Source: Marmoricola sp. (lineage in GTDB: Bacteria; Actinomycetota; Actinomycetes; Propionibacteriales; Nocardioidaceae). Taken from it: 64,000 bases of DNA. The DNA is taken from the NCBI GenBank assembly GCA_025965195.1, contig JAOPXK010000112.1, positions 6 through 64,005 of the forward strand, in the 5' to 3' direction. The translations under genes were made by a program, and so were the position numbers. The notes below the pieces were generated by a model. That model searched no databases. It was not told the DNA's origin and saw only the letters and a program-made list of their open reading frames with translations. Numbering within the stretch: position 1 is the first letter of the stretch; each line of letters begins with the position of its first letter. Of the stretch, positions 11,804-26,004 are shown piece after piece.

Positions 11804-12159
11804 ATTCCTTCGTGCACGACCGTCGCACGGACTTCGACCGCGCCGTCGCCCGCAAGGATGCCGCAGACGTTGAGCAGGTCATCGAGGTTCTCGGTGCTGA
11901 CCAGGTAGAAGCCGGTCAGCTGCTCGACGGTCTCGGCGTACGGCCCGTCGGTGACGGTGACCGTGTCGAGGGAGCCGCGGACGACCTGAGCGCTCTTGCT
12001 CGGCGTCAGCTCCGCACCGCCCGCCATGGTGTGTCCGCGCTCGGCGAGCAGCTGCATGAACTGGTTGTGCTTCGCGTACATGGCGGCCTGGTCCTCAGGC
12101 GTTGCCGACGACCACTTGCTCTCGTCGCCCGGCAGCAGGATGGCGTATTCAGTGCTCAT
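11800..12159 (-). CDS. YCII-related (DGPF-motif) protein
   Basis: VTDGPYAETVEQLTGFYLV and VEVR motifs. Confidence 0.9.
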   Translation of the reverse strand: MSTEYAILLPGDESKWSSATPEDQAAMYAKHNQFMQLLAERGHTMAGGAELTPSKSAQVVRGSLDTVTVTDGPYAETVEQLTGFYLVSTENLDDLLNVCGILAGDGAVEVRATVVHEGM

Positions 12160-12208
12160 GTCTTCGTTCCTTCCGATCTGTGTCAGCGGGAGGTGTTCCC
12201 AGCACGAT

Positions 12209-12235
12209 GACGTGCGTGGGCACCGACAATCGACA
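12209..12235 (-). promoter_or_regulatory. putative ECF42-dependent autoregulatory promoter
   Basis: Minus strand TGTCGA-N17-CGTC about 50 bp upstream of the first YCII gene. It matches the ECF42 consensus as recalled from Streptomyces work (TGTCGA at -35, CG[A/T]C at -10). Confidence 0.6.
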
Positions 12236-12285
12236 CTTGCCAGAAAAAAACCGAAGAAACTTGCCGCGAAGCTGGAGATCGGTGC

Positions 12286-12645
12286 TTAGAAGATGACCTC
12301 GCCGCGCTTGCGACGATCACGAAGGGTCTGGATCGCCTCGTCGAGGATATCCGCCGCTTCCTTGTCGGAACGACGCTCCTTCACATACGCAAGATGCGTC
12401 TTGTACGGCGCAACCTTGGTCGGCGGGGGCGGGTTCTCCGAGTCGAGGCTGGCGGGGAGTCCACACCGCGGGCAGTCCCAGGCCTCGGGCACCGTCGCCT
12501 CGACCGCGAATGCGATCAGCGTCCGGTGCTGTTGCGAACAGAAATAGGTGACGTTCTGCCGGGGTGCCGCCTCGCCGCGCTCGGCCTCGCCCATGGGGCC
12601 TGCCCCCACCCGACTGCCACGAATTGCGCTTCCTCCGCCTGCCAC
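12286..12645 (-). CDS. rbpA: RNA polymerase-binding protein RbpA
   Basis: AIRGSRVGAGPMGEAERGEAAPR, WDCPRCG and YKTHLAYVKERRS...ILDEA motifs. Confidence 0.93.
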   Translation of the reverse strand: MAGGGSAIRGSRVGAGPMGEAERGEAAPRQNVTYFCSQQHRTLIAFAVEATVPEAWDCPRCGLPASLDSENPPPPTKVAPYKTHLAYVKERRSDKEAADILDEAIQTLRDRRKRGEVIF

Positions 12646-12669
12646 GCTTCTCCTAAAGAGTTGGGGAAA

Positions 12670-12906
12670 TCAGTTCTGGATCTTGAACAGCAGACCCAGT
12701 CCGATCACACACGCTGCCCACACCAGGCCAATACCGATCGTGATCCGGTCCAGGTTGCGCTCGGCCACCGAAGAGCCGCCCAGCCCGCTGGACACGCCTC
12801 CGCCGAACATGTCGGAGAGCCCGCCGCCCCGTCCCTTGTGGAGGAGGACCAGCAGAATCATCATGAGGCTCGACAGAACAAGCACAATTTCAAAAGCGGT
12901 GATCAC
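12670..12906 (-). CDS. secG: preprotein translocase subunit SecG
   Basis: LVLLHKGRGGGLSDMFGGG...ERNLDRIT; two TM helices; start taken at GTG 12906. Confidence 0.93.
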   Translation of the reverse strand: MITAFEIVLVLSSLMMILLVLLHKGRGGGLSDMFGGGVSSGLGGSSVAERNLDRITIGIGLVWAACVIGLGLLFKIQN

Positions 12907-12978
12907 GGCGGGAAGCCTAACCGATGAGGGGACGAATCCCAGCACAGGGAGCGCCACGTCCGCCTGGCGACCCCAACG

Positions 12979-13776
12979 TCACAGGATGGGCATGTCGTAA
13001 AAACGACAGATCCCGCCGAACTCATCGGCCTGCAGGCTGGCGCCACCGACCAGCGCACCATCGACGTCTTCCTTCTGCATGATGCCCCCGACGTTGTTGG
13101 CCTTGACCGAACCGCCGTACAGGATGCGTACGCCGGCGGCGGCGGCGTCACCGTGGATCTCCTGGATCCGGCCCCGGATCGCGGCACAGACCTCTTGCGC
13201 GTCCTCAGGGGTGGCCACCTCGCCGGTGCCGATCGCCCAGACCGGCTCGTAGGCGATCACGAGTGACGCGATCTCCTTGGCGGTGAAGCCGGCCAGCGAC
13301 CCGTCGACCTGCGCCAGGGTGTACTCGACCTGACGACCTTCCTTGCGTACGTCGAGGCCCTCGCCCACGCACACGATCGGGGTCATCTTCGCGTCGAACG
13401 CCTTGTGCGCCTTGGCGTTCACCTCGGCGTCGTTCTCGGCGTGGTACTCGCGGCGCTCCGAGTGACCCACCACCACATAGGAGCAGCCCAGCTTGGCCAG
13501 CATCGACGCGGAGATCTCGCCGGTGAAGGCGCCGCCGTCGTGGGTGGAGATGTCCTGTGCGCCGTACTGCACCTGAAGCCGGTCCCCGTCGACCAGCGTC
13601 TGCACGCTGCGCAGGTCGGTGAACGGCGGAACCACCACCACCTCGACCTTGGCGTAGTCGTGCTTCTTGTCCGCCAGCGTCCAGGCAAGCTTCTGCACCA
13701 GGACGACGGCCTCCTGGTGGTTGAGGTTCATCTTCCAGTTGCCGGCCATCAGCGGCACGCGCGTCTGCTTCGCCAT
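12979..13776 (-). CDS. tpiA: triosephosphate isomerase
   Basis: [30 protein letters not shown] and LVGGASL motifs. Confidence 0.97.
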   Translation of the reverse strand: MAKQTRVPLMAGNWKMNLNHQEAVVLVQKLAWTLADKKHDYAKVEVVVVPPFTDLRSVQTLVDGDRLQVQYGAQDISTHDGGAFTGEISASMLAKLGCSYVVVGHSERREYHAENDAEVNAKAHKAFDAKMTPIVCVGEGLDVRKEGRQVEYTLAQVDGSLAGFTAKEIASLVIAYEPVWAIGTGEVATPEDAQEVCAAIRGRIQEIHGDAAAAGVRILYGGSVKANNVGGIMQKEDVDGALVGGASLQADEFGGICRFYDMPIL

Positions 13777-13786
13777 GGTCAGTCCT

Positions 13787-14992
13787 TCAGTCGTCGAGTA
13801 CGTCGATGCCGGGAAGTTCCTTGCCCTCAAGGTATTCAAGGCTGGCCCCACCCCCGGTGGAGATGTGTCCGAACTGGTCATCGGCGAACCCGAGCTGGCG
13901 AACCGCGGCAGCGGAGTCGCCGCCGCCGACCACGGAGAGCCCGTCGACCTTCGTCAGTGCCTCCGCGACCGCCCGGGTGCCTGCCGCGAAGGCGTCGACC
14001 TCGAAGACCCCCATCGGGCCGTTCCAGAACACCGTCCTGGCGCCCGTCAGTGCAGCCGCGAAGGCGGCACTGGAGTCGGGGCCGATGTCCAGCCCGAGGC
14101 AGTCGTCCGGGATCGCACTGGCGCTGACGACCGTGGGCTGCGGCGTCCGGTCCCCGGAGGGGAACGCGGTGTCGACGACGATGTCTGTCGGCAGCACGAT
14201 CTCGACGCCGGAGTCGGCGGCCCGCTTGAGGTACTCGCGACAGGTGCCGAGCTGGTCGTTCTCGAGCAGGCTCTTGCCGACGCCATGGCCCTGGGCAGCA
14301 AGGAAGGTGAAGACCATCCCGCCGCCGACGAGCAGCTTGTCGGCCTTGCCGAGCAGGTTGTCGATGACAGCCAGCTTGTCGGAGACCTTCGAGCCGCCGA
14401 GCACGACGACGTAGGGACGCTCCGGGTCGACCGTGAGCCTGCGGAGTACGTCGATCTCGGCCGCGACGAGGCCGCCCATCGCGTGCGGCAGCCGCTGCGC
14501 GACGTCGTACACCGAGGCCTGCTTGCGGTGCACCACCCCGAAGCCGTCGCTGACGAAGGCATCACCGAACGCGGCGAGCTGGTCGGCGAACGCACCTCGC
14601 TCCGCGTCGTCCTTGCTGGTCTCGCCCGGGTTGAACCGGACGTTCTCGAGAAGCGCGACGTCACCATCGGAGAGGCCGGCAACGGTTGCCTGCGCCGAGT
14701 CCCCCACCGTGTCGGTCGCGAACGCCACCGCCGACCCGACGAGCTCGCTGAGGCGAGCTGCCACCGGAGCCAGGGAGTACGCCGGATCCGGTGCGCCCTT
14801 CGGCCGGCCGAGGTGGGCCATCACAATGACGCGTGCACCGGCGTCCGACAGCTGCTTGATCGTCGGCGCACTGGCGCGGATCCGGCCGTCGTCGGTGATC
14901 GTGCTCCCGTCGAGCGGGACGTTCAGGTCCGAGCGGACCAGGACACGCTTGCCCCGCAGGTCGCCGAGGTCCGCAACGCGGTTGATGCTCAC
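13787..14992 (-). CDS. pgk: phosphoglycerate kinase
   Basis: [32 protein letters not shown] and [15 protein letters not shown] motifs. Confidence 0.97.
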   Translation of the reverse strand: MSINRVADLGDLRGKRVLVRSDLNVPLDGSTITDDGRIRASAPTIKQLSDAGARVIVMAHLGRPKGAPDPAYSLAPVAARLSELVGSAVAFATDTVGDSAQATVAGLSDGDVALLENVRFNPGETSKDDAERGAFADQLAAFGDAFVSDGFGVVHRKQASVYDVAQRLPHAMGGLVAAEIDVLRRLTVDPERPYVVVLGGSKVSDKLAVIDNLLGKADKLLVGGGMVFTFLAAQGHGVGKSLLENDQLGTCREYLKRAADSGVEIVLPTDIVVDTAFPSGDRTPQPTVVSASAIPDDCLGLDIGPDSSAAFAAALTGARTVFWNGPMGVFEVDAFAAGTRAVAEALTKVDGLSVVGGGDSAAAVRQLGFADDQFGHISTGGGASLEYLEGKELPGIDVLDD

Positions 14993-15011
14993 CGCTGTTC
15001 CCGGACCGCGC

Positions 15012-16055
<1,044 letters not shown>

Positions 16056-16081
16056 TTATCGCGACGGCGCTTCTGGCCGCT

Positions 16082-17068
16082 TCAGGCGTCCTCGGCGAGC
16101 ATCTCCGGGGTCAGCGACGCCTCGGTGTCGGGAATGCCGAGCTCCTCGGCCTTCTTGTCGGCCATCGCGAGCAACCGCCGGATGCGACCCGCGATCGCAT
16201 CCTTGGTGAGCACCGGGTCGTGCAGCTGACCGAGCTCCTCGAGCGATGCCTGCTTGTGCTCCAGCCGGAGCTGCCCGGCAAGTTGGAGGTGATCGGGGAT
16301 GTCCGCACCGAGGATCTCCAGCGCACGGTCGACCCGAGCGCCTGCCGCGACAGCTGCGCGTGCAGACCGGCGGAGGTTCGCGTCGTCGAAGTTGGCGAGC
16401 CGGTTGGCGGTCGCCCGGACCTCGCGGCGCATCCGGCGCTCCTCCCAGGCCAGCAGCGACTCGTGCGCGCCGAGACGAGTGAGCAGCTGGCCGATGGCGT
16501 CGCCGTCGCGAATCACGACCCGGTCGACGCCGCGGACCTCACGAGCCTTGGCGCTGATGCCGAGCCGACGGGCGGAACCGACCAGGGCGAGCGCGGCCTC
16601 GGGGCCCGGGCAGGTGACCTCGAGCGAGCTCGAGCGGCCGGGTTCGGTGAGTGAGCCGTGGGCGAGGAAGGCACCCCGCCAGGCGGCGACCGCGTCACAG
16701 CCGGAGCCGGACACGACCTGCGGGGGCAGTCCACGGACCGGACGGTTGCGCTGGTCGATGAGCCCGGTCTGGCGAGCGAGCGACTCGCCGTCCCTGGCGA
16801 CCCGGACGATGTAACGAGTGCCGCGTCGAAGACCGCTGCCCTTGACCATCACGACCTCGGAGTCGTGCCCATAGACCTCGGCGATGTCTCGTCTGAGGCG
16901 GCGTGCTGCGGCACCGGTGTCGAGCTCGGCCTCCACCACGATGCCGCCGCCGACGAGGTGCAGGGCGTCGGCGAAGCGGAGCATGGAGGACACCTCCGAC
17001 TTGCGACAACACGTCTTGGTGACCTTGGTGTTGGCCAACTCCGCCTTGACTTGTGCCGTCATCGCCAT
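16082..17068 (-). CDS. whiA: DNA-binding protein WhiA
   Basis: [33 protein letters not shown] and [15 protein letters not shown] motifs. Confidence 0.96.
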   Translation of the reverse strand: MAMTAQVKAELANTKVTKTCCRKSEVSSMLRFADALHLVGGGIVVEAELDTGAAARRLRRDIAEVYGHDSEVVMVKGSGLRRGTRYIVRVARDGESLARQTGLIDQRNRPVRGLPPQVVSGSGCDAVAAWRGAFLAHGSLTEPGRSSSLEVTCPGPEAALALVGSARRLGISAKAREVRGVDRVVIRDGDAIGQLLTRLGAHESLLAWEERRMRREVRATANRLANFDDANLRRSARAAVAAGARVDRALEILGADIPDHLQLAGQLRLEHKQASLEELGQLHDPVLTKDAIAGRIRRLLAMADKKAEELGIPDTEASLTPEMLAEDA

Positions 17069-17151
17069 GCGCTCGATCCTGCCGTCTCATCGATTGCCTG
17101 TGTTGGCTGTTTGATCAGCGACCAGGGGTTGATGGCCGCGAGGTCCTCACC

Positions 17152-18108
17152 TTAGTTCGCTCTCGTCAGGCGCGCATACGCACGGGCAAGTTTCTCGGGA
17201 TCATGCTGGCCGATTGCCAATGGATCGGACACATCCGCGACCTCGAGCCGGGCACCAATGGCTTCGACGGCCTTGCGCAGGTGATCCGGATGTACGACGG
17301 AACCGACGTCGACCAGCACGGTGTCGATCCGAAGGTCCGGTGCCTGGCGGAGGAGTACGTCGAGATGGTCCTCGGGCGTGAACCCCTCGGTCTCGCCGGA
17401 CTGTTCCTCCAGGTTCATCGTCACGATCAGCCTGGCCGGCGTACGGACCAGAGCGTCGCGCAGACCCGGGACCAACAGGTGCGGGATCACCGAGGTGTAC
17501 CAGGAGCCGGGGCCGATCACGACCCACTGGGCTTCCTCGATCGCCGTGACGGCTTCGGGACAGGCCTGCGGGTGCTCGGGATCGACGCTGACCGACAACA
17601 CCTCGCCGGGGGTGGTCGCGATCTCCACCTGACCGCGCACCGTGGTCACGTCGTCGGGCCTCGCGGGATCCGCACCTCGGACCTCGGCCGTGATGTCGAT
17701 CGGGGTCACCGCCATCGGGAGCACCCGGCCGCGGGCACCGAGCAGGTTCCCCACCCAGTCGAGACCCTCGATGTGGTCGTCGAGCAGCTCCCACAGGGCC
17801 ACGATCAGCAGGTTGCCGACGGCGTGGCCGTCGAGTGAACCCTCGGACTCGAACCGGTGCTGCAGCACCCGCGCCCAGGTCTGTCCCCACCGGTCGTCAC
17901 CGCACAGTGCTGCCAGCGCCATCCGCAGGTCACCGGGCGGGAGCACGCCGAACTCGGTGCGCAACCGACCGGAGGAGCCACCGTTGTCGGCGATCGTGAC
18001 GACCGCCGTGAGGTTGTTGGTGATCCGCCGCAACGCGGACAGTGACGCGGCGAGGCCGTGTCCACCGCCGAGCGCGACCACGGCAGGCTCCGTCGACCAG
18101 GCCATCAC
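17152..18108 (-). CDS. cuvA: YvcK/CuvA UDP-sugar-binding protein (CofD-like)
   Basis: LGGGHGL, VTIADNGGSSGRLR, PPGDLR, GHAVGNL and GPGSWYTSVIP motifs; lies between rapZ and whiA. Confidence 0.88.
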   Translation of the reverse strand: MMAWSTEPAVVALGGGHGLAASLSALRRITNNLTAVVTIADNGGSSGRLRTEFGVLPPGDLRMALAALCGDDRWGQTWARVLQHRFESEGSLDGHAVGNLLIVALWELLDDHIEGLDWVGNLLGARGRVLPMAVTPIDITAEVRGADPARPDDVTTVRGQVEIATTPGEVLSVSVDPEHPQACPEAVTAIEEAQWVVIGPGSWYTSVIPHLLVPGLRDALVRTPARLIVTMNLEEQSGETEGFTPEDHLDVLLRQAPDLRIDTVLVDVGSVVHPDHLRKAVEAIGARLEVADVSDPLAIGQHDPEKLARAYARLTRAN

Positions 18109-18983
18109 TCGCGGCCGAGGTCGCGGTGGTTGGCGGTCGCCTCGAGCCCGATGCTGCGCAGTCGAAGGGCGAGCTCCTCGGACATCGCGACGCTGCGGTG
18201 CTTGCCGCCGGTGCAGCCGATCGCGACGGTCATGAAGCGCTTGCCCTCGCGGAGGTAGCCGTAGCCGACGGTCTGGATGACCGGGACATAGCGGTCGAGG
18301 AACTCCTCCGCGTCCTCCCGGGTCTTGACGTACTCGGCGACGTCGGCATCGAGGCCGGTGTGGTCGCGGAGCTCCGGAATCCAGAACGGGTTGGGCAGGA
18401 AGCGCATGTCGGCCATCAGGTCGGCATCGACCGGAACGCCGTACTTGAAGCCGAAGCTGACCACCGTGATCTGCAGGTGCATCGCCTCGGGCGAGCCGAG
18501 CGCGGAGCCGACCTTCTCCTTGAGCTGGTTGACGTTGAGGCTGGTGGTGTCGATGACCAGGTCCGCGTCGCCGCGCAACGCAGCCATCGCGGCGCGCTCA
18601 CGCTGGATGCCCTCGAGCAGCCGGCCCGAGCCCTGCAGCGGATGTGGCCGCCGGGCTGCTTCCTGACGACGCACGAGGATGTCGTCGTCGGCCTCGAGGA
18701 ACACCAGGGTCGTCCGCCGGGTGGGGACATTCTTCGCGAGCTGTTCGGGGAGGGTGTCGAGCAGCGAGCCGGCGCGTACGTCGACAACCACCGCGATCGG
18801 CTGATCCCTGCCCTGGCGGCCGTCGACCAGCCGCACCACGTCACTGACGAGCTCGGGCGGCAGGTTGTCGACCACGAAGTAGCCGAGGTCCTCGAGCTCC
18901 TTCGACGCGGTGCTGCGGCCTGCTCCGGTCATCCCGGTGACGATCACGAGCTCGCCCCAGGCTGCCTCGGTCGGCTCGTGCAT
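18105..18983 (-). CDS. rapZ: RNase adapter RapZ/YvcJ P-loop protein
   Basis: TGMTGAGRST, VVDNLPP, SFGFKYG, RFLPNP and GCTGGKHRSV motifs. Confidence 0.95.
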   Translation of the reverse strand: MHEPTEAAWGELVIVTGMTGAGRSTASKELEDLGYFVVDNLPPELVSDVVRLVDGRQGRDQPIAVVVDVRAGSLLDTLPEQLAKNVPTRRTTLVFLEADDDILVRRQEAARRPHPLQGSGRLLEGIQRERAAMAALRGDADLVIDTTSLNVNQLKEKVGSALGSPEAMHLQITVVSFGFKYGVPVDADLMADMRFLPNPFWIPELRDHTGLDADVAEYVKTREDAEEFLDRYVPVIQTVGYGYLREGKRFMTVAIGCTGGKHRSVAMSEELALRLRSIGLEATANHRDLGRE

Positions 18984-20977
18984 CAGGACTCCTCGATTTC
19001 GCCGGTCGCGGTGTTCACAGTCTGGCGGCGGCCGGGCCTCTCTGCTTGCTTTTGGGCGACAGCGTTCGCGATCGCGGTCGCCGTGCGGGTGCCGATGCCG
19101 GGCACCTCGGCGATCTCCTCGACGGTCGCGCTGCGCAGCTTCTTCAACGAGCCGAAGTGCTTGATCAGCGTCTTGCGGCGTACCTCTCCGAGACCGGGTA
19201 CGTCGTCGAGCATGCTCTCGACCATCGTCTTCGAACGTCGGGAGCGGTGGTGGGTGATCGCAAACCGGTGCGCCTCGTCGCGGACCCGTTGCAACAGGTA
19301 GAGGCCCTCGCTCGACCGAGGCAGGATCACCGGGTCGGCCTGGCCGGGCAGCCAGACCTCCTCGAGTCGTTTCGCCAGCCCGCACACCGGGATGTCGTCG
19401 ATGCCGAGCTCGTCGAGCGCGCGCTGGGCGGCGGCGACCTGGGGCGGGCCACCGTCGACGACCACCAGGCCGGGCACATAGGCGAACTTCTTCGGCCGGC
19501 CGGTCTCCGGATCGATCAGCATCGGCCCGGTGTCCTGCTCGGCGTCGATCTCGCCGCTCGCCAGATCCGGGTGCTCGATCCGCTCGTCGAGCAGCCGCTT
19601 GAAGCGCCGGGTGATCACCTCGTGCATCGAGGCGACATCATTCTGGCCGTCGACACCCTTGATCACGAAGCGGCGGTACTCACTCTTGCGGGCCAGTCCG
19701 TCCTCGAAAACCACCATCGAGGCGACCACCTCGGTGCCCTGGAGGTTGGAGATGTCGTAACACTCCATCCGGAGCGGGACGCTCGGCAGCTCCAGCGCCT
19801 GCTGGATCTCCTCGAGGGCCTGGTTGCGGGTGGTCAGGTCGCTGGCCCGCCGGGTCTTGTGCAGGGCGAGCGACTGGGCGGCGTTCTGGGCCACGGTCTC
19901 CTGCAGGGACTTCTTGTCGCCGCGCTGTGGCACCCGGATCGACACCCGGCTCCCCCGCGTCTCCGAGAGCAGCTCCTCATAGGTCGAGGCGTCCTCGGGC
20001 AGGGCCGGCACCAGGATCTCCTTGGGGATCGCGTCCGCTTCCTCACCGGCATAGAGCTGGAGCAGGAAGTCGCCGACCAGGGCCGCGGTGTCGGAGTCCT
20101 CGACCCGGTCGGCCACCCAGCCCCGCTGCCCGCGGATCCGTCCGGACCGCACGTGGAAGATCTGGACGGCGACCTCGAGCGGGTCCTCCGCCAGCGCGAT
20201 CACATCGGCGTCGGTGCCGTCACCGAAGACGACTGCCTGCTTCTCCAGGGCCTTGTTGAGCGCGCCCAGGTCGTCGCGCAGCCGGGCAGCCTTCTCGTAG
20301 TCCTGGCGCTCGGATGCGGCGTACATCTCCTGCTGCACGCGGCGTACGAACGCATCCGTCTTGCCACCGAGGAAGTCACAGAAGTCCTCGGCGATCCGGC
20401 GATGCTCGTCCGCATCGATCCGGTCGACACACGGCGCCGCGCACTTGTCGATGTAACCGAGGAGGCATGGCCGCCCGATCTGGGAGCTGCGCTTGAAGAC
20501 CCCGTTGCTGCACGACCGCATCGGGAAGACCCGCAGGAGCAGGTCGACGGTCTCGCGAATGGCCCAGGCGTGCGAGTAGGGGCCGAAGTACTTGACCCCC
20601 TTCTTCTTCGCGCCGCGGCCCACCATCACGCGCGGGTACTCCTCGTTGAGGGTGACGGCCAGCCAGGGATAGGACTTGTCGTCGCGGTACTTCACGTTGA
20701 AGCGCGGGTCGTACTCCTTGATCCAGGAGTACTCCAGCTGCAGGGCCTCGACCTCGGTCGCGACGACGGTCCACTCCACGCTTGCGGAGGTGGTCACCAT
20801 GGTGGCGGTGCGCGGATGCAGGTTGGTGATGTCCTGGAAGTACGACGACAACCGGGCCCGGAGGTTCTTCGCCTTGCCGACGTAGACGACGCGGTGGTCC
20901 TTGTCGCGGAACCGGTAGACGCCCGGCCGGGTAGGGATCGACCCGGTCTTCGGACGGTACGTCGACGGGTGAGCCAC
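18983..20977 (-). CDS. uvrC: excinuclease ABC subunit C
   Basis: GIY-YIG domain (GVYRF...[17 protein letters not shown]), [23 protein letters not shown] and C-terminal HhH (VPGLG/VPGIG). Confidence 0.97.
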   Translation of the reverse strand: MAHPSTYRPKTGSIPTRPGVYRFRDKDHRVVYVGKAKNLRARLSSYFQDITNLHPRTATMVTTSASVEWTVVATEVEALQLEYSWIKEYDPRFNVKYRDDKSYPWLAVTLNEEYPRVMVGRGAKKKGVKYFGPYSHAWAIRETVDLLLRVFPMRSCSNGVFKRSSQIGRPCLLGYIDKCAAPCVDRIDADEHRRIAEDFCDFLGGKTDAFVRRVQQEMYAASERQDYEKAARLRDDLGALNKALEKQAVVFGDGTDADVIALAEDPLEVAVQIFHVRSGRIRGQRGWVADRVEDSDTAALVGDFLLQLYAGEEADAIPKEILVPALPEDASTYEELLSETRGSRVSIRVPQRGDKKSLQETVAQNAAQSLALHKTRRASDLTTRNQALEEIQQALELPSVPLRMECYDISNLQGTEVVASMVVFEDGLARKSEYRRFVIKGVDGQNDVASMHEVITRRFKRLLDERIEHPDLASGEIDAEQDTGPMLIDPETGRPKKFAYVPGLVVVDGGPPQVAAAQRALDELGIDDIPVCGLAKRLEEVWLPGQADPVILPRSSEGLYLLQRVRDEAHRFAITHHRSRRSKTMVESMLDDVPGLGEVRRKTLIKHFGSLKKLRSATVEEIAEVPGIGTRTATAIANAVAQKQAERPGRRQTVNTATGEIEES

Positions 20978-20983
20978 GGCCCA

Positions 20984-21005
20984 ACCCTACTGAGCGCCGC
21001 CGACA
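20984..21005 (-). promoter_or_regulatory. PafBC-type (RecA-NDp) DNA-damage promoter of uvrC
   Basis: Minus strand TGTCGG-N10-TAGGGT, an exact fit to TGTCGG-N10-TA-N3-T. The GTG start follows 7 nt later, consistent with a leaderless transcript. Confidence 0.7.
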
Positions 21006-21067
21006 GGACACTCCAATGAGCGGGTTCGGTTCACGATGTCTTTGTTTAGTGACTTACTATCGTATGC

Positions 21068-22348
21068 GTGACACTTCTCGACCGGGCGGGACACCGGCTC
21101 AGCGGATCGGCGGAAGCCGTGGCGGCGTACAACCGCGGCGTCGACCGGTTGCTGCAGCTGCGCGCGGGAGCGCTGACCGAGCTGTCGATGGCGATCACGT
21201 TCGATCCGACGTTCGCGGTGGCCCATGCTGCGCTGGCTCTGCTCGGTCAGGAGTTCTGTGCGCCCGTCGACATCCGCGCCCGGCTCGCCTCGGCTCGGCT
21301 GCACTCTCGTCGTAGTACGGACCGGGAGCGCAGCCATGTGGACGCCGTCGTACGCCATGTCGGCGGGGACCGGACCGCGATCGTCTCGCACCTCGGCCGC
21401 TACCCCGACGACGCCTTGCTGCTCTCGGTTGCGGTGCCGACGATCGCGTTCGCCGGCGTGACCGAGGTGCCTGCTGATGCCTGGCGGATCGTGGAGTCGT
21501 GCGCGCCGGTGTACGGCGATGACTGGTTCTTCAGCGGGCTGCTCGGCTTCGTCCGCCAGGAGCAGGGTCGCTTCGACGAGGCAATGGCGCTGTCCTGCGC
21601 GTCACTCGAAGCGATGCCGTCGGCTGGACACTCGGCTCATGCTCGGGCGCACGTCCACTACGAGACGGGTGACCATGCGGCCGGGCTGGCCTGGATCGAC
21701 CGCTGGATCACCGACGCGGGCGCCCACACCGACAACCTCGCGCACTACGCCTGGCATGCCGCGCTGCACGAACTCGCCGATGGGGACCTGGCCGCGGTCG
21801 GACGCCGCTACGACGCGCAGCTGTCCCCCGTCCACGTCCGTGGCTGTCGATCGCTGGTCGACACGGGTTCACTGATCTGGCGCTGGGGCATCACGCCCGG
21901 CGCCACGGCCGTTCCGGCGATCGCTGCGGCCATCGACGTCCCCCGGTTCCAGCTGTTGCGGCCACCGACCGTGTTCATGGCACTGCACGCGGCGGTCGCC
22001 CTCTGCGCCGACGACGACAGCACCGGGCTGTACTCCCTGGCACTGTGGGCCGGCAACCACGAACACCCCTGCTATCGGTCGGTGATCGCTCCGCTCGCCG
22101 AGGCACTGCGGCTGCTGGTCGATGGCTGTCCGTCCGCCTGCGCCGACGTACTGCAGAGGATCGCCTCCGAGGTCTGGCGGGTCGGCGGCAGCGATGCCCA
22201 GCGCGAGGTCGTCGAGGAGACCCTGCTGACCGCGTTGCTGCGTGCGGACAGATTTGACGAGGCCGGCCGGCTCATCGACACCCGGTTGGACCGGCGGCCG
22301 TGCCGCCGTGATGAGTGGTTTCGCGAACTGGCCCAGGAAACCGGGTAG
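21068..22348 (+). CDS. TPR-like helical protein of the TTC38-like family, function unknown
   Basis: DPTFAVAHAALALLG, GLLGFVRQEQGRFDEA, HSAHARAHVHYETG, HYAWHAAL and GGSDAQREVVEETL; TACTAT at 21055-21060 just upstream. Confidence 0.7.
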   Translation: MTLLDRAGHRLSGSAEAVAAYNRGVDRLLQLRAGALTELSMAITFDPTFAVAHAALALLGQEFCAPVDIRARLASARLHSRRSTDRERSHVDAVVRHVGGDRTAIVSHLGRYPDDALLLSVAVPTIAFAGVTEVPADAWRIVESCAPVYGDDWFFSGLLGFVRQEQGRFDEAMALSCASLEAMPSAGHSAHARAHVHYETGDHAAGLAWIDRWITDAGAHTDNLAHYAWHAALHELADGDLAAVGRRYDAQLSPVHVRGCRSLVDTGSLIWRWGITPGATAVPAIAAAIDVPRFQLLRPPTVFMALHAAVALCADDDSTGLYSLALWAGNHEHPCYRSVIAPLAEALRLLVDGCPSACADVLQRIASEVWRVGGSDAQREVVEETLLTALLRADRFDEAGRLIDTRLDRRPCRRDEWFRELAQETG

Positions 22349-22349
22349 C

Positions 22350-22754
22350 TCAGGCGATGCTGATCGAGCCGCCCTTGACGTTGATCTTCACGGCCGGGAG
22401 CGGACGCGGGGCCGGCCCGCCGACGACCTTGCCGGTTGCGATGGCGTACTCGCTGCCGTGGCAGGCGCACCGGATGTCGCCGCCGGAGACCGAGGAGACC
22501 GTGCAGCTCGCATGCGTGCAGATCGCGCTGAATGCCTTGAAGACACCCGCGGTCGGCTGGGTCACCACCACCGACTGCTCGGCGAAGATCTTGCCACCCC
22601 CGACCGGGATGTCGCTGGTCTTGGCAAGCACCGTCCCGGCCTTCGCAGCGGAGGTCGTCGAGGCGGCGCCACAGGCCGCCAGGAAGGGCACCGCGGCCCC
22701 GCCGATGACAAGGCCCTGGATGACGGTGCGACGGCTGGTGTGCTCTTCGGTCAC
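22350..22754 (-). CDS. Rieske [2Fe-2S] protein with Tat signal and lipobox
   Basis: SRRTVIQG twin-arginine-like motif, FLAAC lipobox, CTHASC...CACHGS Rieske ligands. Confidence 0.9.
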   Translation of the reverse strand: MTEEHTSRRTVIQGLVIGGAAVPFLAACGAASTTSAAKAGTVLAKTSDIPVGGGKIFAEQSVVVTQPTAGVFKAFSAICTHASCTVSSVSGGDIRCACHGSEYAIATGKVVGGPAPRPLPAVKINVKGGSISIA

Positions 22755-22842
22755 GTTTTGACTCCTCGGTGGGGATGCGGCACGACGTTAGTAGTTGAAT
22801 CCGTGTGTTTCCTGAGCAAGACGGATGAACTACCTGTCAGGT

Positions 22843-25809
<2,967 letters not shown>

Positions 25810-25850
25810 GAAAGTTCCCAACGGTGTCGACTGATGATGCTCAACAAAGG

Positions 25851-25918
25851 TGCCCAGAGATGTCCAGTGAGATGTCCAGCGAAATGTGCTGCGAAATGCC
25901 CAGTGAGATGTCCGAAAC
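25851..25918. repeat. 12-bp tandem repeat array upstream of uvrA
   Basis: tgcccagaga|tgtccagtgaga|tgtccagcgaaa|tgtgctgcgaaa|tgcccagtgaga|tgtccgaaac: four 12-mers flanked by two truncated units. Confidence 0.85.
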
Positions 25919-25923
25919 AGCGT

Positions 25924-25946
25924 TCGAACAAGTGTTCGCTATCCTA
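25924..25946 (-). promoter_or_regulatory. LexA SOS box and -10 element of uvrA
   Basis: TCGAAC-AAGT-GTTCGC (25924-25939, one mismatch to consensus) immediately downstream of minus-strand TAGGAT (25946-25941). Confidence 0.75.
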
Positions 25947-26004
25947 CCGGATCACGCAACTCGCCACGCCTGGGGCCAATCCAAGCAGCAGCCACCGACA
26001 GGTC

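Noticed and set aside
12213-12229. TTGTCGGTG (RecA-NDp/PafBC-like half) on the minus strand upstream of the YCII genes
   Set aside because: The required TA-N3-T does not follow at 8 nt (it reads CGTCAT); it is just the spacer of the ECF42-type promoter.
13716-13730. GGTGGTTGAG in tpiA and CTCGACCACC near 50193 resembling the repeat core
   Set aside because: Only about 10 nt match with divergent flanks; explained by normal codons (NLNHQ, LVVEV).
19046-21019. Long antisense or alternate-frame ORFs (e.g. 19046-21019, 23719-25569, 30490-32424, 38175-39659, 43867-45291)
   Set aside because: They shadow well-supported genes on the opposite strand, have no recognisable motifs, and are typical artefacts of high-GC codon bias.
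25851-25918. Tandem array as a possible CRISPR or as PafBC boxes (TGTCCAGTG resembles TGTCAGTG)
   Set aside because: There are no spacers and no cas genes; the similarity is on the strand opposite uvrA and lacks a correctly spaced -10.
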